From Antedon mediterranea (Eukaryota > Animalia > Echinodermata), in the NCBI RefSeq assembly GCF_964355755.1, contig NC_092680.1:9672001-9736000 (forward strand): 64,000 nt of DNA, in the 5' to 3' direction. The notes beneath the pieces are model-generated. The model did not search any database, was not told the origin of the DNA, and saw only the letters and a list, made by a program, of their open reading frames with translations. A program made the translations under genes and the position numbers. Below are positions 1 through 12,245 of this stretch, piece by piece. Every line of letters begins with the position of its first letter. Position 1 is the first letter of the stretch.

Positions 1-619
1 CACTATAGTCTAATTCATGGAGGAAGGTATACCTCCATGCCTAAATTAAGCCTTAATATACGTTCCAACTGTTAGACGCTTTCGCCGGCAGGATTGCCCG
101 CTTTTCGATTAAAAACAATCCGACTGATACGTAGCTCTACACCAGTTTTATTTAAAAATGTATAGGGCCTAGCTTTCATTTTATATAGAAAAAAACTTCA
201 CCATATACATAAAATGGGTATCCCGGATTTTTTAGTTTTAGCGGCAACGCGTGTATGGCACCCGTGCAGCTCAATACGGCCGTTTCCGCAGCCAAAACAA
301 AATATCGGTTAATTTTTCAACCAATAAAAGTGCGCATTTATCCGATAATTATCTGATTTGAATGAGAAAAAAGGATCGCATGTTGATTGCAATTTAATAT
401 GAAGTGTGCAAAGAGAAGACCACATTATATATATAAAAAAATAGGCCTACTTTTTTTTTCATACTCATCCAACAGCGAGTAACCCGCCAATTACAGGATG
501 GATAAACTATTTAAAATTTCACAAGACAAGCATATACACAAGATGCTCTACATAAACAAAGACTTATTATTAAGTCTTTGGGAGTGGAGTTGTAAATTGT
601 CATGAGAAAAAAACCCTGA

Positions 620-692
620 CATATGACAGGACTTGAACCCAGGACCCTGAGATTGGTAGCCAAGCATCATAACCACCAAGCCACAGCTCCAC
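620..692 (-). mobile_element. tRNA-derived SINE head / pseudo-tRNA
   Basis: Minus strand AGTGGAGCTGTGGCTTGGTGG (A box) ... GGTTCAAGTCC (B box); no complete cloverleaf; related head at about 13986-14070 (+). Confidence 0.55.
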
Positions 693-939
693 TCCTAGTA
701 AATGTTTAGCGTCGGATTTTTAGCCCGCCTTTGTTTTTTTAAACAAATATTATGACGAAATGCGTCCGACAATGACAAAGAAAAATGCCATCAGATATGT
801 ACGGTTATCGTTATCGCCGGTTTCAAAGATCATTTGTGTGTACTAAGGTATTAAAACCAAGGCACTAGTGTTTAATGAGCCTTGTAACACTCATCCTAGG
901 GCATTTTGTTTGGAAATTATAAATGAAACTTCTCTTATA

Positions 940-1980
940 TCGCAAAGCTATCATTTTTTTTTCAGTCAAGGGTGATCGATCCATACCAAAATATTTTGAA
1001 AAAAATAAGTAGGTCAAGTGTTATAACGATCGTAAAGTCAATTAATTATTCGCCGTAGAGGGCGTAGATGCAAAAAAGTAGCGGAACTGGGATGGCAAAT
1101 GGTAAAGTAGGTCAAGGGTCATCGATCCATACCAAAATATTTAAAAAACAAGGCCAACAGCCATTAAGTCGCGTGCTACAATGCATAGTGATACCGGACC
1201 GACAGACAGACCGACAGACCGACAGACAGACAGACAGACATACCGACCGACCGACATAGTGAACTATACTGACCGAAATTACTGAACATGTTTAAAAATG
1301 TTGAAATGTTTAGAAACATTTATATTTTTTTAATTTACACGTGCGTAGCCTGTCACTTTTGACGTGCTCGTATAACGTAATTTCGAGTTGAAAAGTAAGT
1401 CAAGAAAACAGAAATCGGGCAAAAAGAGTGCGCAATAACATTTAATGCGCAGTGCGCGCGCAAAAATATACGCACCCATGGCAATTTTGTAAACGCTTAA
1501 AAGTGCCTGAAACGTACTCTTATTTCATCGAAAATAAATTTTGAAAATTTTAAGCGCGCGTACGCATGCGTTACATGCGCTACGCACGTAATTGTATTGC
1601 CATATGATGATTTATGCCCTGAAATTTATGAGTACCAAACTTTATTTAATTGTGATTCATGGTTGTGAAGATATGATTACAAACGTGATTTCGTTAAATC
1701 GTGCGTAGACCGCGTAATTTTTTATTGCGTACCGTGAAAACATAACCACATTGATTCCTGGCCATAAGGAATATTCTGTGAAAAATTGACCTAGCTAGAT
1801 TAAACTGATATCAAGATAAGGTCAGAAAGCGATAAAACGCATAGTGATACCGGACCGACAGACCGACAGACAGACCGACCAACCGACCGACATAGTGAAC
1901 TATAGAGTCGCTAAAAATTAAGTAGGTAAAGTGTTATAACGTTCGTAAGCTAGTTACTTATTCACCGTAGAGGGCGTAAA
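940..1980 (+). repeat. Non-autonomous interspersed repeat (family A, HINE/Helentron-like) with (CAGA/GACC)n microsatellites
   Basis: Microsatellites at about 1193-1256 and 1850-1890, each followed by ATAGTGAACTATA; 1300-1835 is homologous to about 29000-31330 (+) and 34345-34960 (-). Superfamily is inferred. Confidence 0.55.
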
Positions 1981-2178
1981 TTCATAAAATGTTATTGAAC
2001 TTTGACCGGAAGAAGTAGAGAAGGTCAAGGCTAACATGTTGATGCAATAACAACTCAATTAGACAGTTATTACGTATTAAAATCTGTTTTTAAAAATATT
2101 TGTGACTGTCCCTTTAATTGAATTTGAATAAGGAACTAGGAACTAACAAACTTCACAGACATGTGAAAAAGCACTTAC

Positions 2179-2329
2179 CAAGTGTTGTTGCAGTAGCGTT
2201 AAATTCTCGTTGCAAATTTACAAACACAAGGCTAAACGCGTGAATAATGCCGAAGATGAAGAAGTTCAAAACAAAAATACTCATCACTATCAGCCATCCT
2301 TTCTTGTTATTCACACGTATCCTAGCCAT
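2179..2329 (-). CDS. First coding exon of an SLC16/monocarboxylate-transporter-like MFS protein (rest of gene probably left of the window)
   Basis: ACCATGG start; MARIRVNNKKGWLIVMSIFVLNFFIFGIIHAFSLVFVNLQREFNATATTL(G) resembles MCT TM1 (GW-V..F...F..G....F.V.F..LQ.EF); ends at a GTAAGT donor, phase 1. Confidence 0.8.
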
Positions 2330-2734
2330 GGTTGAGCTGGAAGTCCTTGGTGTGGATGTATCGCCCTTCTTTATTTGTTTTCTGATTCCGTTGTACAGTA
2401 CAGTACTTTGGACCACGTGAAAATGTCAAAGAGATATTAAATAGAAATTCGAGGTCGTGTTCGATGGTATGTTTACGCTGATTGGTTGAATGGTAATCTA
2501 TGAATACCTATATTACCTAGCTTTCATGGATCCTCGTGAACCGAGGTTTAATTATATCCAGGGTTAATTTGAAAAATGTGATGATTTCCGCGAAATGTCG
2601 TTGTCAATCATTGTTGAAGTTCATAACATTATATGCTGTTAAAACCGTTTCCGGACGTTTTCACTGATTAAAATGGCTTAACTTGAAGAGTGCTCGGTAC
2701 AACAGCAGAGATTACTGAAGTTAAAACGTCAACA

Positions 2735-3994
2735 TTTTATGGACCTAAATCTTTATAAAAAAGGTGGTAGAATGCATACCAATTTTAAGGCCCGTGATGA
2801 GATAAGAAAATGTATGGAAAACAGAACTTTAATTGATATATGGCGTAAAATGAATCCAAACTCAAGAGATAATTACTTGGCAATCGAATAATGACCCGCA
2901 TATATTATATATGTCGAATGGATTCTTTTAACCACAAAATCGCTTAAAACATGTGTGGAAAATAATGTAATAACATCTGGTTATAGGACGGACCATTTCA
3001 ATGATTACTGTCGCTTTTAAAAATAATTAAGAAAAACCGGGTAAAGGAATTTGGAAATTAAATGTTTCACTATAAACAGATATAGATTATGTCAATATGA
3101 TTAAACAAAGTATTACAGATATTAAAAATGAGAATAAAGAAGCGACTCCAGATATCCTATGGGAAACAATTAAATGTGTTATTAGGGGTCAAACTCTATT
3201 CTGTGAAAAAGGCAAAAAAACGTAATAAACATCAACAAAAGCTTGAAAAGGAAATTAATGAGTTGTAGATATTGTATGCAGAAAATTCAAACCCAGACAC
3301 ATCCCTTAGCCTTGAAACTACAAAAGAGAGAATTGAAATTAATATATAATTATAAAGCTAAAGGGGCAATAATTCGTAGTAAATGTAGGTGGAAGAAAAC
3401 TGTGAAAAGAATTCCAAATACTTCTTAAACCTTGAGAAAATACATCACAATAAAAAATCGATACTAAATTTTAAAAATGATAAAGGAAACATTGTCACTG
3501 GGAATAAGGAAGTATTAAAAGAGGAATACCATTTTTAATCCAAGTTATATAGTAGTAATTGTTCTATTAATATTGTTGAAATGCTAGAAAAACTTGGCAT
3601 TTCTCCTGATAAAATACCTAGACTATCCGAAAATGAAATGATAAATTGCGAAGGTCAAGTTGAATTAGATGAATGTACAATCGAATTCAAAAAGTCCGGT
3701 TATCCAGTTGAATTTTATAACATTTTTTTGGAATCCAATTGGTGACATTCTGGTTGATTCATTTAATTAGGCCTATTGCTTAAAAATGGTAGATTATCAG
3801 ATAGAAGAGGGATAATCTCACTAATTCCGAAGGATGGCAAAGAAAAATTATTTTTTTACAAAATTGGAGGCCAATATCCATTTTAAACGTTGATTATAAA
3901 ATAATGACAAAAGCCATTTTAAACAGAATGAGGAATGTACTGGTAACAATTAACTCTAATGACCAGACCGGATTTTTGTCAAACAGATATATTA
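2735..3994 (+). mobile_element. Degenerate L1/Tx1-clade LINE, 5' part (endonuclease end to RT start)
   Basis: Frameshifted motifs LIDIWRKMNP, SGYRTDH, GKGIWKLNVSL, KAKGAIIRSKCRW, KNWRPISILNVDYKIMTK, DQTGFLSNRYI; continues at 10643. Confidence 0.85.
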
Positions 3995-5767
3995 TGCTGG
4001 CCGCAGTTGCCTTCCATACAATATTTGTGGCGTTTCATAGGCCCCGTTTCTGCTGCCAAAAATATACCGTATATATACGGTATATTTTATATACGGTATA
4101 TTTTTTGGCAGCAGAAATGGGTCTCATAGAAAATATACCGTATATATTTGCGGTATATATACTGCATAAATATCCCCATCGTTTGTGGATATTATACGGT
4201 ATATTTCAAAATATACCGTATATTTCGTTCCCCGTTTCTGCTGCACTCAAAATATACCGTAAATGTGACCCGACTCATGACACGAGGTCAAAAACTAACA
4301 GAGCGCGACGCGTTTGTTTTGGTTTTTCTGCTGCATTGAAAGTTGAAAAACACGTGTAAAAGCAAGCAACAGATCAAAATGTCACTGTGGACCGAACAAA
4401 TCACTATTTTTGCAATTCAATTGTGGGGTGAAGCGAAAGTTGGGGGGAGACTGCATGGCAACAGAAGAGATACCGAGATTTTAATTACAATAAATCGAAT
4501 GTTCTTACACGACAACAACGTGATGTAAAATCATGGTAAAATACTGTATAATAGAAAATGGAAATTAAAACGGCAATATAGGATAATATAGCATAATATA
4601 AACTCAATTTGAATAACAGAGTTTATTTATAGTGACATTTCTAGATTATGCTTGTATGTGCGGTGTAAATTCGTTGCCACTTCTGCTCATTAGATTTAAA
4701 ATAGAGAGCAATGCTACGACGTTTTGAGAAACCATCATTGTTTTTGTCAGCATGTACCGGTACCGGTAGGTAAAAACCTCACTACACGAGGTCAATCCAT
4801 ACTTCCGTCTCACGAAATGCATTTTGGGTAATGAAAGCCAACTTTTTTACAACCCACCCACGAAGTATGTGCAGCGGAAACGGTGCACGAATTTCATATA
4901 CGGTATATATACGGTATATTTATACGGTATATTTATACGGTATATTTTGGGTTGGCAGCAGAAACGGGCCCATATTGTAACTTTTCGCGGCACTGTTTTG
5001 CCTGTAGTTAGATAAATCAGTCATAAACTTCAGTCGTACCTTTGTAGGTAAGAAATATTAGTTTAAAATGGATAAATCACTTTAATTGTTGAATCAGCTT
5101 GTTTTAGATATATTTAGGATACTATGGATATTAATGTTATTGCATTTTGAGAATCTATATAATAGTTTTGATTGTGTATAGTTCGAAGGGTGAACTAGTT
5201 ATCACACAGTATGCACACATGTGCGCGAGATGCTGTATAGCCTAGGTTTGCGGGATGGTTTCTTCTTAGTTGCTATGGCAACAGGGATAGTGTTGAAAAG
5301 GCGACTAGATGTACCTTTTTGATGGTTATGTTTAGGGTGGTGATCCCTTAATGCTTACATTTGTTGTATTTTGTACTTTTTAATAGTTTTATAGATTTCG
5401 TAGATTGTCAGTTATAGTTTTTTCAATCATAGGTATTAAAGTTTAACAGTAGAAATTCATGTGAATGTGCATCCATAGGCTCACAGCTTTGTAATTTATG
5501 TCATACTATAAAAGATACTGTATGTAAACAACAAACTATGTAACAATTTAATTAACAATAATATAGCATATACAGTATAATCATATTTATATGATAGCAA
5601 GGTTTAAAGTATTTTATATGTACTACTGTATTTGAATATCAATTTGAAGGAATTATACTTTCTGTTATTTTCAGTTACCATACGTACCATACACACATAT
5701 TCAGTCTTTGAATAAAACGGTTATACTTAACGGAGCATTTCTAGCTGTTTGATTTGTGTCCGTGAAA
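3995..5767 (+). repeat. BEL 5' LTR (contains MITE 4040-4971)
   Basis: TGCTGGCCGCAG...TGTGTCCGTGAAA; direct repeat of 9807-10648; AATAAA near the 3' end. Confidence 0.92.
4040..4971. mobile_element. PIF/Harbinger-type MITE inside the 5' LTR
   Basis: TIRs GGCCCCGTTTCTGCTGCCA / TGGCAGCAGAAACGGGCCC; 3-bp TSD ATA confirmed by the empty site TTTCATATTG in the 3' LTR; subterminal ATACCGTAT repeats. Confidence 0.88.
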
Positions 5768-5789
5768 GTAAAAAGCTGTATAAATCAGG

Positions 5790-7825
5790 ATGTCCAGCAT
5801 CTCTTCAGCGAGAAGCCAATTGGAACTGACTGCAGCCCAACCACGGGCAGAGTTAGCTGTGAAAACTGCACAGAAAACAAAAAAGAAAGCTGAAGCCAAG
5901 ATAGCGGCTATAAAGGCTCAAGTTGAAATAGAAAACCTCAAACAAGAAGAAGCCCTGGCAACGGCGCAAGCCAGATCAGAGGCCTTAGATCAAGAATTAA
6001 GGTCATACAGTGATTCAAATTCACAAATCAGCATTCCAGAAGAAGACAAACGTAGTCAGGTATCAAAATTTATAATGTCTATACCTGATAGAAGTTCACC
6101 TATTGAAATACCTATAGTTCCTCAACCCATGTCATTAAACAATGGTTTCAATCAATACCTAGAAACTTCTCCAGTTAAACCAGCAGCTATGCCAGCACTG
6201 GATATTACCCCAGGGGTTTCTGCCTGTGGTGATGAAAATGTAATCACTCCTAAAAATCATAGAAAACAACTCAACCCAACAGCCAAGACATTCGCTCCAT
6301 CCTATGATGCCGTTGCCGAAATTGTGAAAAGCTTAAGAAAGCCTATACACACGATAAAGAAATTTAGCGGAAACCCAATAGAATAGGTACCCAAGATGTA
6401 GGAGGCAGTTCAATTCTCACATTGTTACCAATACCAATTCTGAGGAAGAAAAAATGGCCTATCTCGAAGAAATGACAATAGGAGAAGCCAATAGAGTTGT
6501 TGTAGGTTACAGCCACTTACCGTCAGAAAAGGCCTACCATATGGCTATGTCGCAATTAGAAGACAGATATGGTGACAGTGAATTCATTGCCAGTGAATAC
6601 ATCAAGAAAGCATTAGATTGGCCAAGATTAAAGCCAGCAGATCCTAAAGCTTTAGATGAGTTTTCGTTGTTCCTGGTAGAGTGCTTACACACAGCAGAAC
6701 ATGTGAATGCAAGTAGAATCCTTGAATATCCAGAACATTTAAAGAAATTAATGGACAAACAAATTACCATTCTATTTGCATGATAAGTGGCGCAACATAG
6801 CTGTAAATCTAAAAGAAAACAAAAAACCAATCAAATTCCAAGGTTTTGTCAAATTCACACAAAAAGAGTCAAGGAAGGCAAATGATCCAATTTTTGGTAT
6901 CACATGTGATGCAAATAAAACAAAAGAAAAGCCAAAGCAACAAACAGTGAGCGTTACAAAGACCAGTGTAAAAGACCAAAACAAGAACAGCAAAGAGTCT
7001 ATAATGTGCCCACTTCATTCTGGTGCATCACATCCTCTTGAGAGATGTCGAGTCTTTATAAACAAACCCTATCTCGAAAAGAAAAGGATAATAAAAGACA
7101 ACAGATTGTGTTTTCGATGCATCGCATCATCTGACCACCTCGCCAGAGATTGCAAAGCAGAAGTAAAATGCAGTGAGTGCAACAGCCCAAAACATGTATC
7201 ATCAATGCACACTGTACAACAACAGCAACAAAACACTGCACAGCCACAGAAAGACACTGCACAACCGCAACCCTCTGGAGAGACGCCTCAACAAAGTACT
7301 GAAAACACAGCACCAACACAGGCACCCGTACCAATAGTCGGTACCAAATGCACAGAGATTTGCAAGGATGGTGTGAGCAGGTCATGCGCAAAGATTTGTT
7401 TAGTCAACCTATACATGCCGGATAACCCAGAAAATAAAGTAAAGGCTTATGCGCTTATTGATGAACAGAGCAACAAATCGTTAGTAGATACCAAATTATT
7501 CAAATTGTTGCAAATATCTGGCGAGAAATTAGACTACAGAATTAAAACATGTAATGGAGAAAGAAGAGTGACTGGAAGAAAAATGGAAAATCTTGTAATA
7601 GAGTCTCTCAGCACAGATGTCAAGATTGAAGTGTCTAACCTGTTGGAATGTGACGAAATTCCAAGTAACAGATCAGAAATTCCCACTCCAGAAGTGGCAA
7701 GAGCATTTCCTCATTTGCAATCAATTTCTAGTGAAATACCAACTGTAGACCAGAGTGCAGAAGTTCTAGTTTTACTAGGAAGGGATGTACCCCAAGCACA
7801 CAAAGTGAGAGACGTAATAAACTGA
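5790..7825 (+). pseudogene. BEL gag-protease region, disrupted
   Basis: ORFs 5790-6386, 6454-6783 and 6776-7825; knuckles CPLH..H..C, CFRC..H..C, CSEC..H..H; protease ALIDEQS; stop at 6384-6386 and frameshift near 6770. Confidence 0.85.
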
Positions 7826-7870
7826 CCTAACAACGCCCCTTAGGGGCAACGACTAGACCTAGGTTGGGTT

Positions 7871-9652
7871 GTGATTGGCGAAGCATGCCTTAGTGGCTTA
7901 CACAGACAAAGCACGAACTGTCTACGCACACAAGTTCTACCAACAGGAAGGCCCACCACAAAAATATTGCAGTTTCCAGACCCTCGACAGTGGAGATATA
8001 TCCAGACAAGCAAGAATCCAGCGAATTATGGTACTCGCCAAGTGTCTGCCCGTACCATGAAGAGTTGTCCGTGGTTAACTGGTCCGGATTGTACTGTATT
8101 TGACATAAAGACAGATGACGAGTTTTCCTTAGTAGAGCCTGATGAAGATAAAGAAATCAGACAAGAAAGCCAAGTGGTGGTTCGCAAGAACGAATTACCA
8201 GGCAACCAACTTCCAGAAAAGGCCAAGAAGTTCACATGTTGGGAACGTTTCATTAAGGCTGTTGCATTTCTAATTCATGTGGCCCAGTCATTCAAAAAGA
8301 ATAATGAAACTAAATGTAAAGTAGGCTGGCAATATTGTCACTTCTATAATTGGGAAATCAAACAAAAGGCCGAATTTATTGTAATCAGACAACTTCAAGA
8401 TTTGTTCTATCAGCAAGAATTGAGAGGTTTTGATAGAAATGAACAACTACCTAACGATTCAAAGATTCTCTCATTAGCCCCAACATTAAATAAAGATGGG
8501 TTGTTGTGTGTTGGCGGACGTCTTCGAAAAGCTAATCTTCCTATTGTTGTAAAGCATCCAGTTATCATACCAGGCAAATCATACATTGCAAAACTACTTG
8601 TACGAAGGTTTCACAACAGTATTCACCATCAAGGAAGACAGTTCACAGAGGGGGCTGTGAGAGAGGCTGGCTACTGGGTTACAGGTCTGAAAGCAGTTGT
8701 ATCTTCTGTCATCCACCATTGTGTTGTTTGTAGAAAACTAAGGGGAAAGTTAAGTTTGCAACGCTTAGCTGATCTACCAGAAGACCGGATTATATGTACT
8801 CCTCCATTCACTAATGTTGGAGTGGATTGCTTTGGGCCATGGGAAGTGGTAGCCAGGAAAACGAGAGGAGGTGTTGCCCAAAACAAAAGATGGGCGGTAA
8901 TGTTTACATGTTTAACGTCGAGAGCCGTTCACATTGAAGTTGTTGAGACAATGAGTTCATCTTCTTTCATAAATGCAATGAGGAGGTTGATAGCAATCAG
9001 AGGAAAAGTCAAGCTTTTTAGATCAGACCAAGGTTCCAATTTCATTGGTGCGATTGGGGATGACAAAGTCCAAACATATTTGCTAAAAAACGAAGCAGAG
9101 TGGAAGTTAAATCCACCCCATTCGTCCCATATGGGAGGCGTATGGGAGAAGATGATTGGTGTGACGAGAAAGGTACTCGATGGTATACTTTATAACTACA
9201 AAGGAAAATCTCTTTCCCATGAAGTATTGGTTACCTTTATGGCAGAGGCAATGGCAATTATCAATTCACGACCTTTAGTACCATTAACTACAGATCCTGA
9301 CGAAGTGTCTTACTTGAGCCCAGCATTATTGTTAACTCAGAAACATGGTTGTATTGAAGAAATTGCAGTGGATGACAATGTATCCAACATGTTTCAAGCA
9401 CAATGGAAAATGGTGCAGGTATTAGCAAACCAATTTTGGAAACAGTGGAGGATACATTACTTACAAACCCTTCAACAAAGACGGCTTTGGAAGAAAGAGC
9501 AGCGAAACTTTCGTGTAGGAGATATTGTATTATTGAGGGAGAAGAATGTTAAAAGAAATCAATGGCATCTTGGTATAATCACCCAAACGTTTACCAGTGA
9601 TGACGGCTATGTTCGAAAAGTCAACCTACAGCTACCTTCAACTAACTCTTGA
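7871..9652 (+). CDS. BEL pol remnant: RNase H C-terminus plus intact-looking integrase
   Basis: QWRYIQTSKNPAN (RNase H end), HNSIHH...CVVC zinc domain, VGVDCFGP / SDQGSNF / WEKMIG DDE triad, C-terminal FWKQW..YL.TLQ. Confidence 0.85.
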   Translation: MIGEACLSGLHRQSTNCLRTQVLPTGRPTTKILQFPDPRQWRYIQTSKNPANYGTRQVSARTMKSCPWLTGPDCTVFDIKTDDEFSLVEPDEDKEIRQESQVVVRKNELPGNQLPEKAKKFTCWERFIKAVAFLIHVAQSFKKNNETKCKVGWQYCHFYNWEIKQKAEFIVIRQLQDLFYQQELRGFDRNEQLPNDSKILSLAPTLNKDGLLCVGGRLRKANLPIVVKHPVIIPGKSYIAKLLVRRFHNSIHHQGRQFTEGAVREAGYWVTGLKAVVSSVIHHCVVCRKLRGKLSLQRLADLPEDRIICTPPFTNVGVDCFGPWEVVARKTRGGVAQNKRWAVMFTCLTSRAVHIEVVETMSSSSFINAMRRLIAIRGKVKLFRSDQGSNFIGAIGDDKVQTYLLKNEAEWKLNPPHSSHMGGVWEKMIGVTRKVLDGILYNYKGKSLSHEVLVTFMAEAMAIINSRPLVPLTTDPDEVSYLSPALLLTQKHGCIEEIAVDDNVSNMFQAQWKMVQVLANQFWKQWRIHYLQTLQQRRLWKKEQRNFRVGDIVLLREKNVKRNQWHLGIITQTFTSDDGYVRKVNLQLPSTNS

Positions 9653-9806
9653 GTATCAAAGACCTATACATGAACTGGTATTACTGGTCGAATCTGTTTA
9701 GTTAACGCATAAATATGTTATGACCATTGAATTGTTAATGTTATTTTGAATAGTTATATATGTTAGAGAATGTTAGTGGTGATGAAGTGTCATCATGGGG
9801 GGAGTA

Positions 9807-10648
9807 TGCTGGCCGCAGTTGCCTTCCATACAATATTTGTGGCGTTTCATATTGTAACTTTTTGCGGCACTGTTTTGCCTGTAGTTAGATAAATCAGTCA
9901 TAAACTTCAGTCGTACCTTTGTAGGTAAGAAATATTAGTTTAAAATGGATAAATCACTTTAATTGTTGAATCAGCTTGTTTTAGATATATTTAGGATACT
10001 ATGGATATTAATGTTATTGCATTTTGAGAATCTATATAATAGTTTTGATTGTGTATAGTTCGAAGGGTGAACTAGTTATCACACAGTATGTACACATGTG
10101 CGCGAGATGCTGTATAGCCTAGGTCTGCGCGATGGTTTCTCCTTAGTTGCTATGGCAACAGGGATAGTGTTGAAAAGGCGACTGGATGTACTTTTTTGAT
10201 AGTTATGTTTAGGGTGGTGATCCCTTAATGCTTACATTTGTTGTATTTTGTACTTTTTAATAGTTTTATAGATTTCGTAGATTGTCAGTTATAGTTTTTT
10301 CAATCATAGGTATTAAAGTTTAACAGTAGAAATTCACAGATGTGATTGTGCATCCATAGGCTCACAGCTTTGTAAGTTATGTCATACTATAAAAGATACT
10401 GTATGTAAACAACAAACTATGTAACAATTTAATTAACAATAATATAGCATATACAGTATAATCATATTTATATGATAGCAAGGTTTAAAGTATTTTATAT
10501 GTACTACTGTATTTGAATATCAATTTGAAGGAATTATACTTTCTGTTATTTTCAGTTACCATACGTACCATACACACATATTCAGTCTTTGAATAAAACG
10601 GTTATACTTAACGGAGCATTTCTAGCTGTTTGATTTGTGTCCGTGAAA
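9807..10648 (+). repeat. BEL 3' LTR (842 bp)
   Basis: Follows the PPT; direct repeat of the 5' LTR without the MITE. Confidence 0.92.
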
Positions 10649-11180
10649 ATGTCAGATTAATAATGGACATGATTGAATATACAGTAGGAACCTTATTTTT
10701 TATCGATTTTGAAAAGGCGTACGATAAAATTGAATGGTCTTATATCAATAAGTGCCTTTCATTCATTCATCATTTCATCTTTTATTTCGGAAACTGTGGA
10801 GAATAATATTGCAAAAAATAGAAATAAGTATAAATGTCCATATTAAAAAATGTGGAACCACTATTAGAAAGAGATAACGACAATTGAAATGAAATACACC
10901 CACAAGCGTCTACAATATTTCGTTGTAACGCCTTTAGTAAATTTGACAAATTTATTTCTCTATATTGTTTTGTAACCTGGGTCAAAAAAAATACTTGACA
11001 TATCTAATAGATATGGGGAAAAGGATTTGACTTTGTATACAAATCAAGGTATAGGAGTTGATTATGCAAAACTTGGTAATCATTATTTACAAGATTTTTA
11101 TAATAGCCTGTTTAAACTAAGAAAGGATTATGATGAGGTGTTGTGGTATAATCAAACATTAAAATAAGTAAGAAAATAGA
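10643..11180 (+). mobile_element. L1/Tx1 relic, 3' continuation
   Basis: ENVRLIMDMIEY...FFIDFEKAYDKIEWSYINKCL continues the RT frame interrupted at 3994; right boundary approximate. Confidence 0.75.
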
Positions 11181-11779
11181 GAATGACGATTGAGATAATG
11201 TGTCGTCCTCAAACGTCTTTGGTTTTCCTCTTTTTTTTTCTGTTTGTAAAGTGATGTATTATAATGTGTTTGATAAAATAAAAAAATTACAAGTTTTGAA
11301 AAAAAAAAATGTTGTTTTGTTAAAGTTGCTTCCGATAATCGACAATCCTTGTTATTGTTTTTATGAACCACGAAAAATATCAACAGCTTACTAATGACTA
11401 TGTGTAGGTGATTTCATTTGAAAATTACATTGGATGAAATGTATATACGTCATAACATACGGTACGGTGAAGTGTACAAAATATTAATATTATTAGAAGA
11501 GGTACGCTTCAATATAAAACTATTTTAATATTCTTAATGTGATAAACTCATGCAATGCTGAAAATGCTATAATTATTTCTGAAATAAATTGAGAATGAAT
11601 GTAAATAAAGAGGATGGACATACCTAGTTATTGTCGTTTTCGTGTTGGAGTGTATTATTAGTTTTTATTCCAGCTCAACACAAGCCATATTAATTATATT
11701 CAAATGTTATCTCTATACTAGCTAACTATACTGTATAACTATGGACGTACCAAGTCGAAATAAGCTGACTTTCTTTAGA

Positions 11780-12245
11780 TAATTCTGACATAGGCGAGCA
11801 CAATGGAAAAACTTCGGTACAAATCTCCACCTTGGATACCTACCTTATCTATCTCAGATGTACCGCGAAGAAACGTAGATTTGATAATTATTTTTCAGTT
11901 CGACGCTATTGTTCCATATTTCTATCTTAGGAAGATATTATAAAGAGTTTTTTAACAAAATTTATGATACAGTAGATTTTCAACTCAATTTTAATTCTTC
12001 GCGGTCAAAGTAATTTCCGGGTTTACGATGAGTTCACCTTGCAACAACCTGGTTTTAACTATTTTCTATCTTTTATACACAAGGGAGCAGTTAAAATAAT
12101 ATATTTGACCCTAAAGGTGACTGGAAACAGGCACTTTCCATCAATCAATACAGTGTCCCTTTGGAAGACGGAAGAAAAAAACAGATAGTAGGACTGGAGC
12201 TTAAGTTGGCCATTAGCCATAGCCATTTCAGTTTTTGTTTATTTT
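11780..12245 (+). repeat. Unclassified dispersed repeat (second copy about 21838-22168)
   Basis: Shared AATTCTGACATAGGCGAGCACAATGGAAA...TGCAACAACCTGGTTT...TTTTTGTTTATTTT. Confidence 0.7.

Larger units (their letters stand above)
3995..10648 (+). mobile_element. BEL/Pao LTR retrotransposon, non-autonomous (RT and most of RNase H deleted)
   Basis: Two LTRs (3995-5767 with MITE, 9807-10648) differing at only about a dozen positions by eye; PPT GGGGGGAG at 9797-9804; gag zinc knuckles, protease and integrase. Confidence 0.93.

Noticed and set aside
620-692. Functional tRNA genes here, at about 13986-14070 and at 26050-26126
   Set aside because: A and B boxes are present but acceptor and anticodon stems are not convincing, and they are embedded in repeats; treated as SINE heads.
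3904-4359. 151-aa ORF as a gene
   Set aside because: Chimeric read-through of L1 RT, BEL LTR and MITE sequence.
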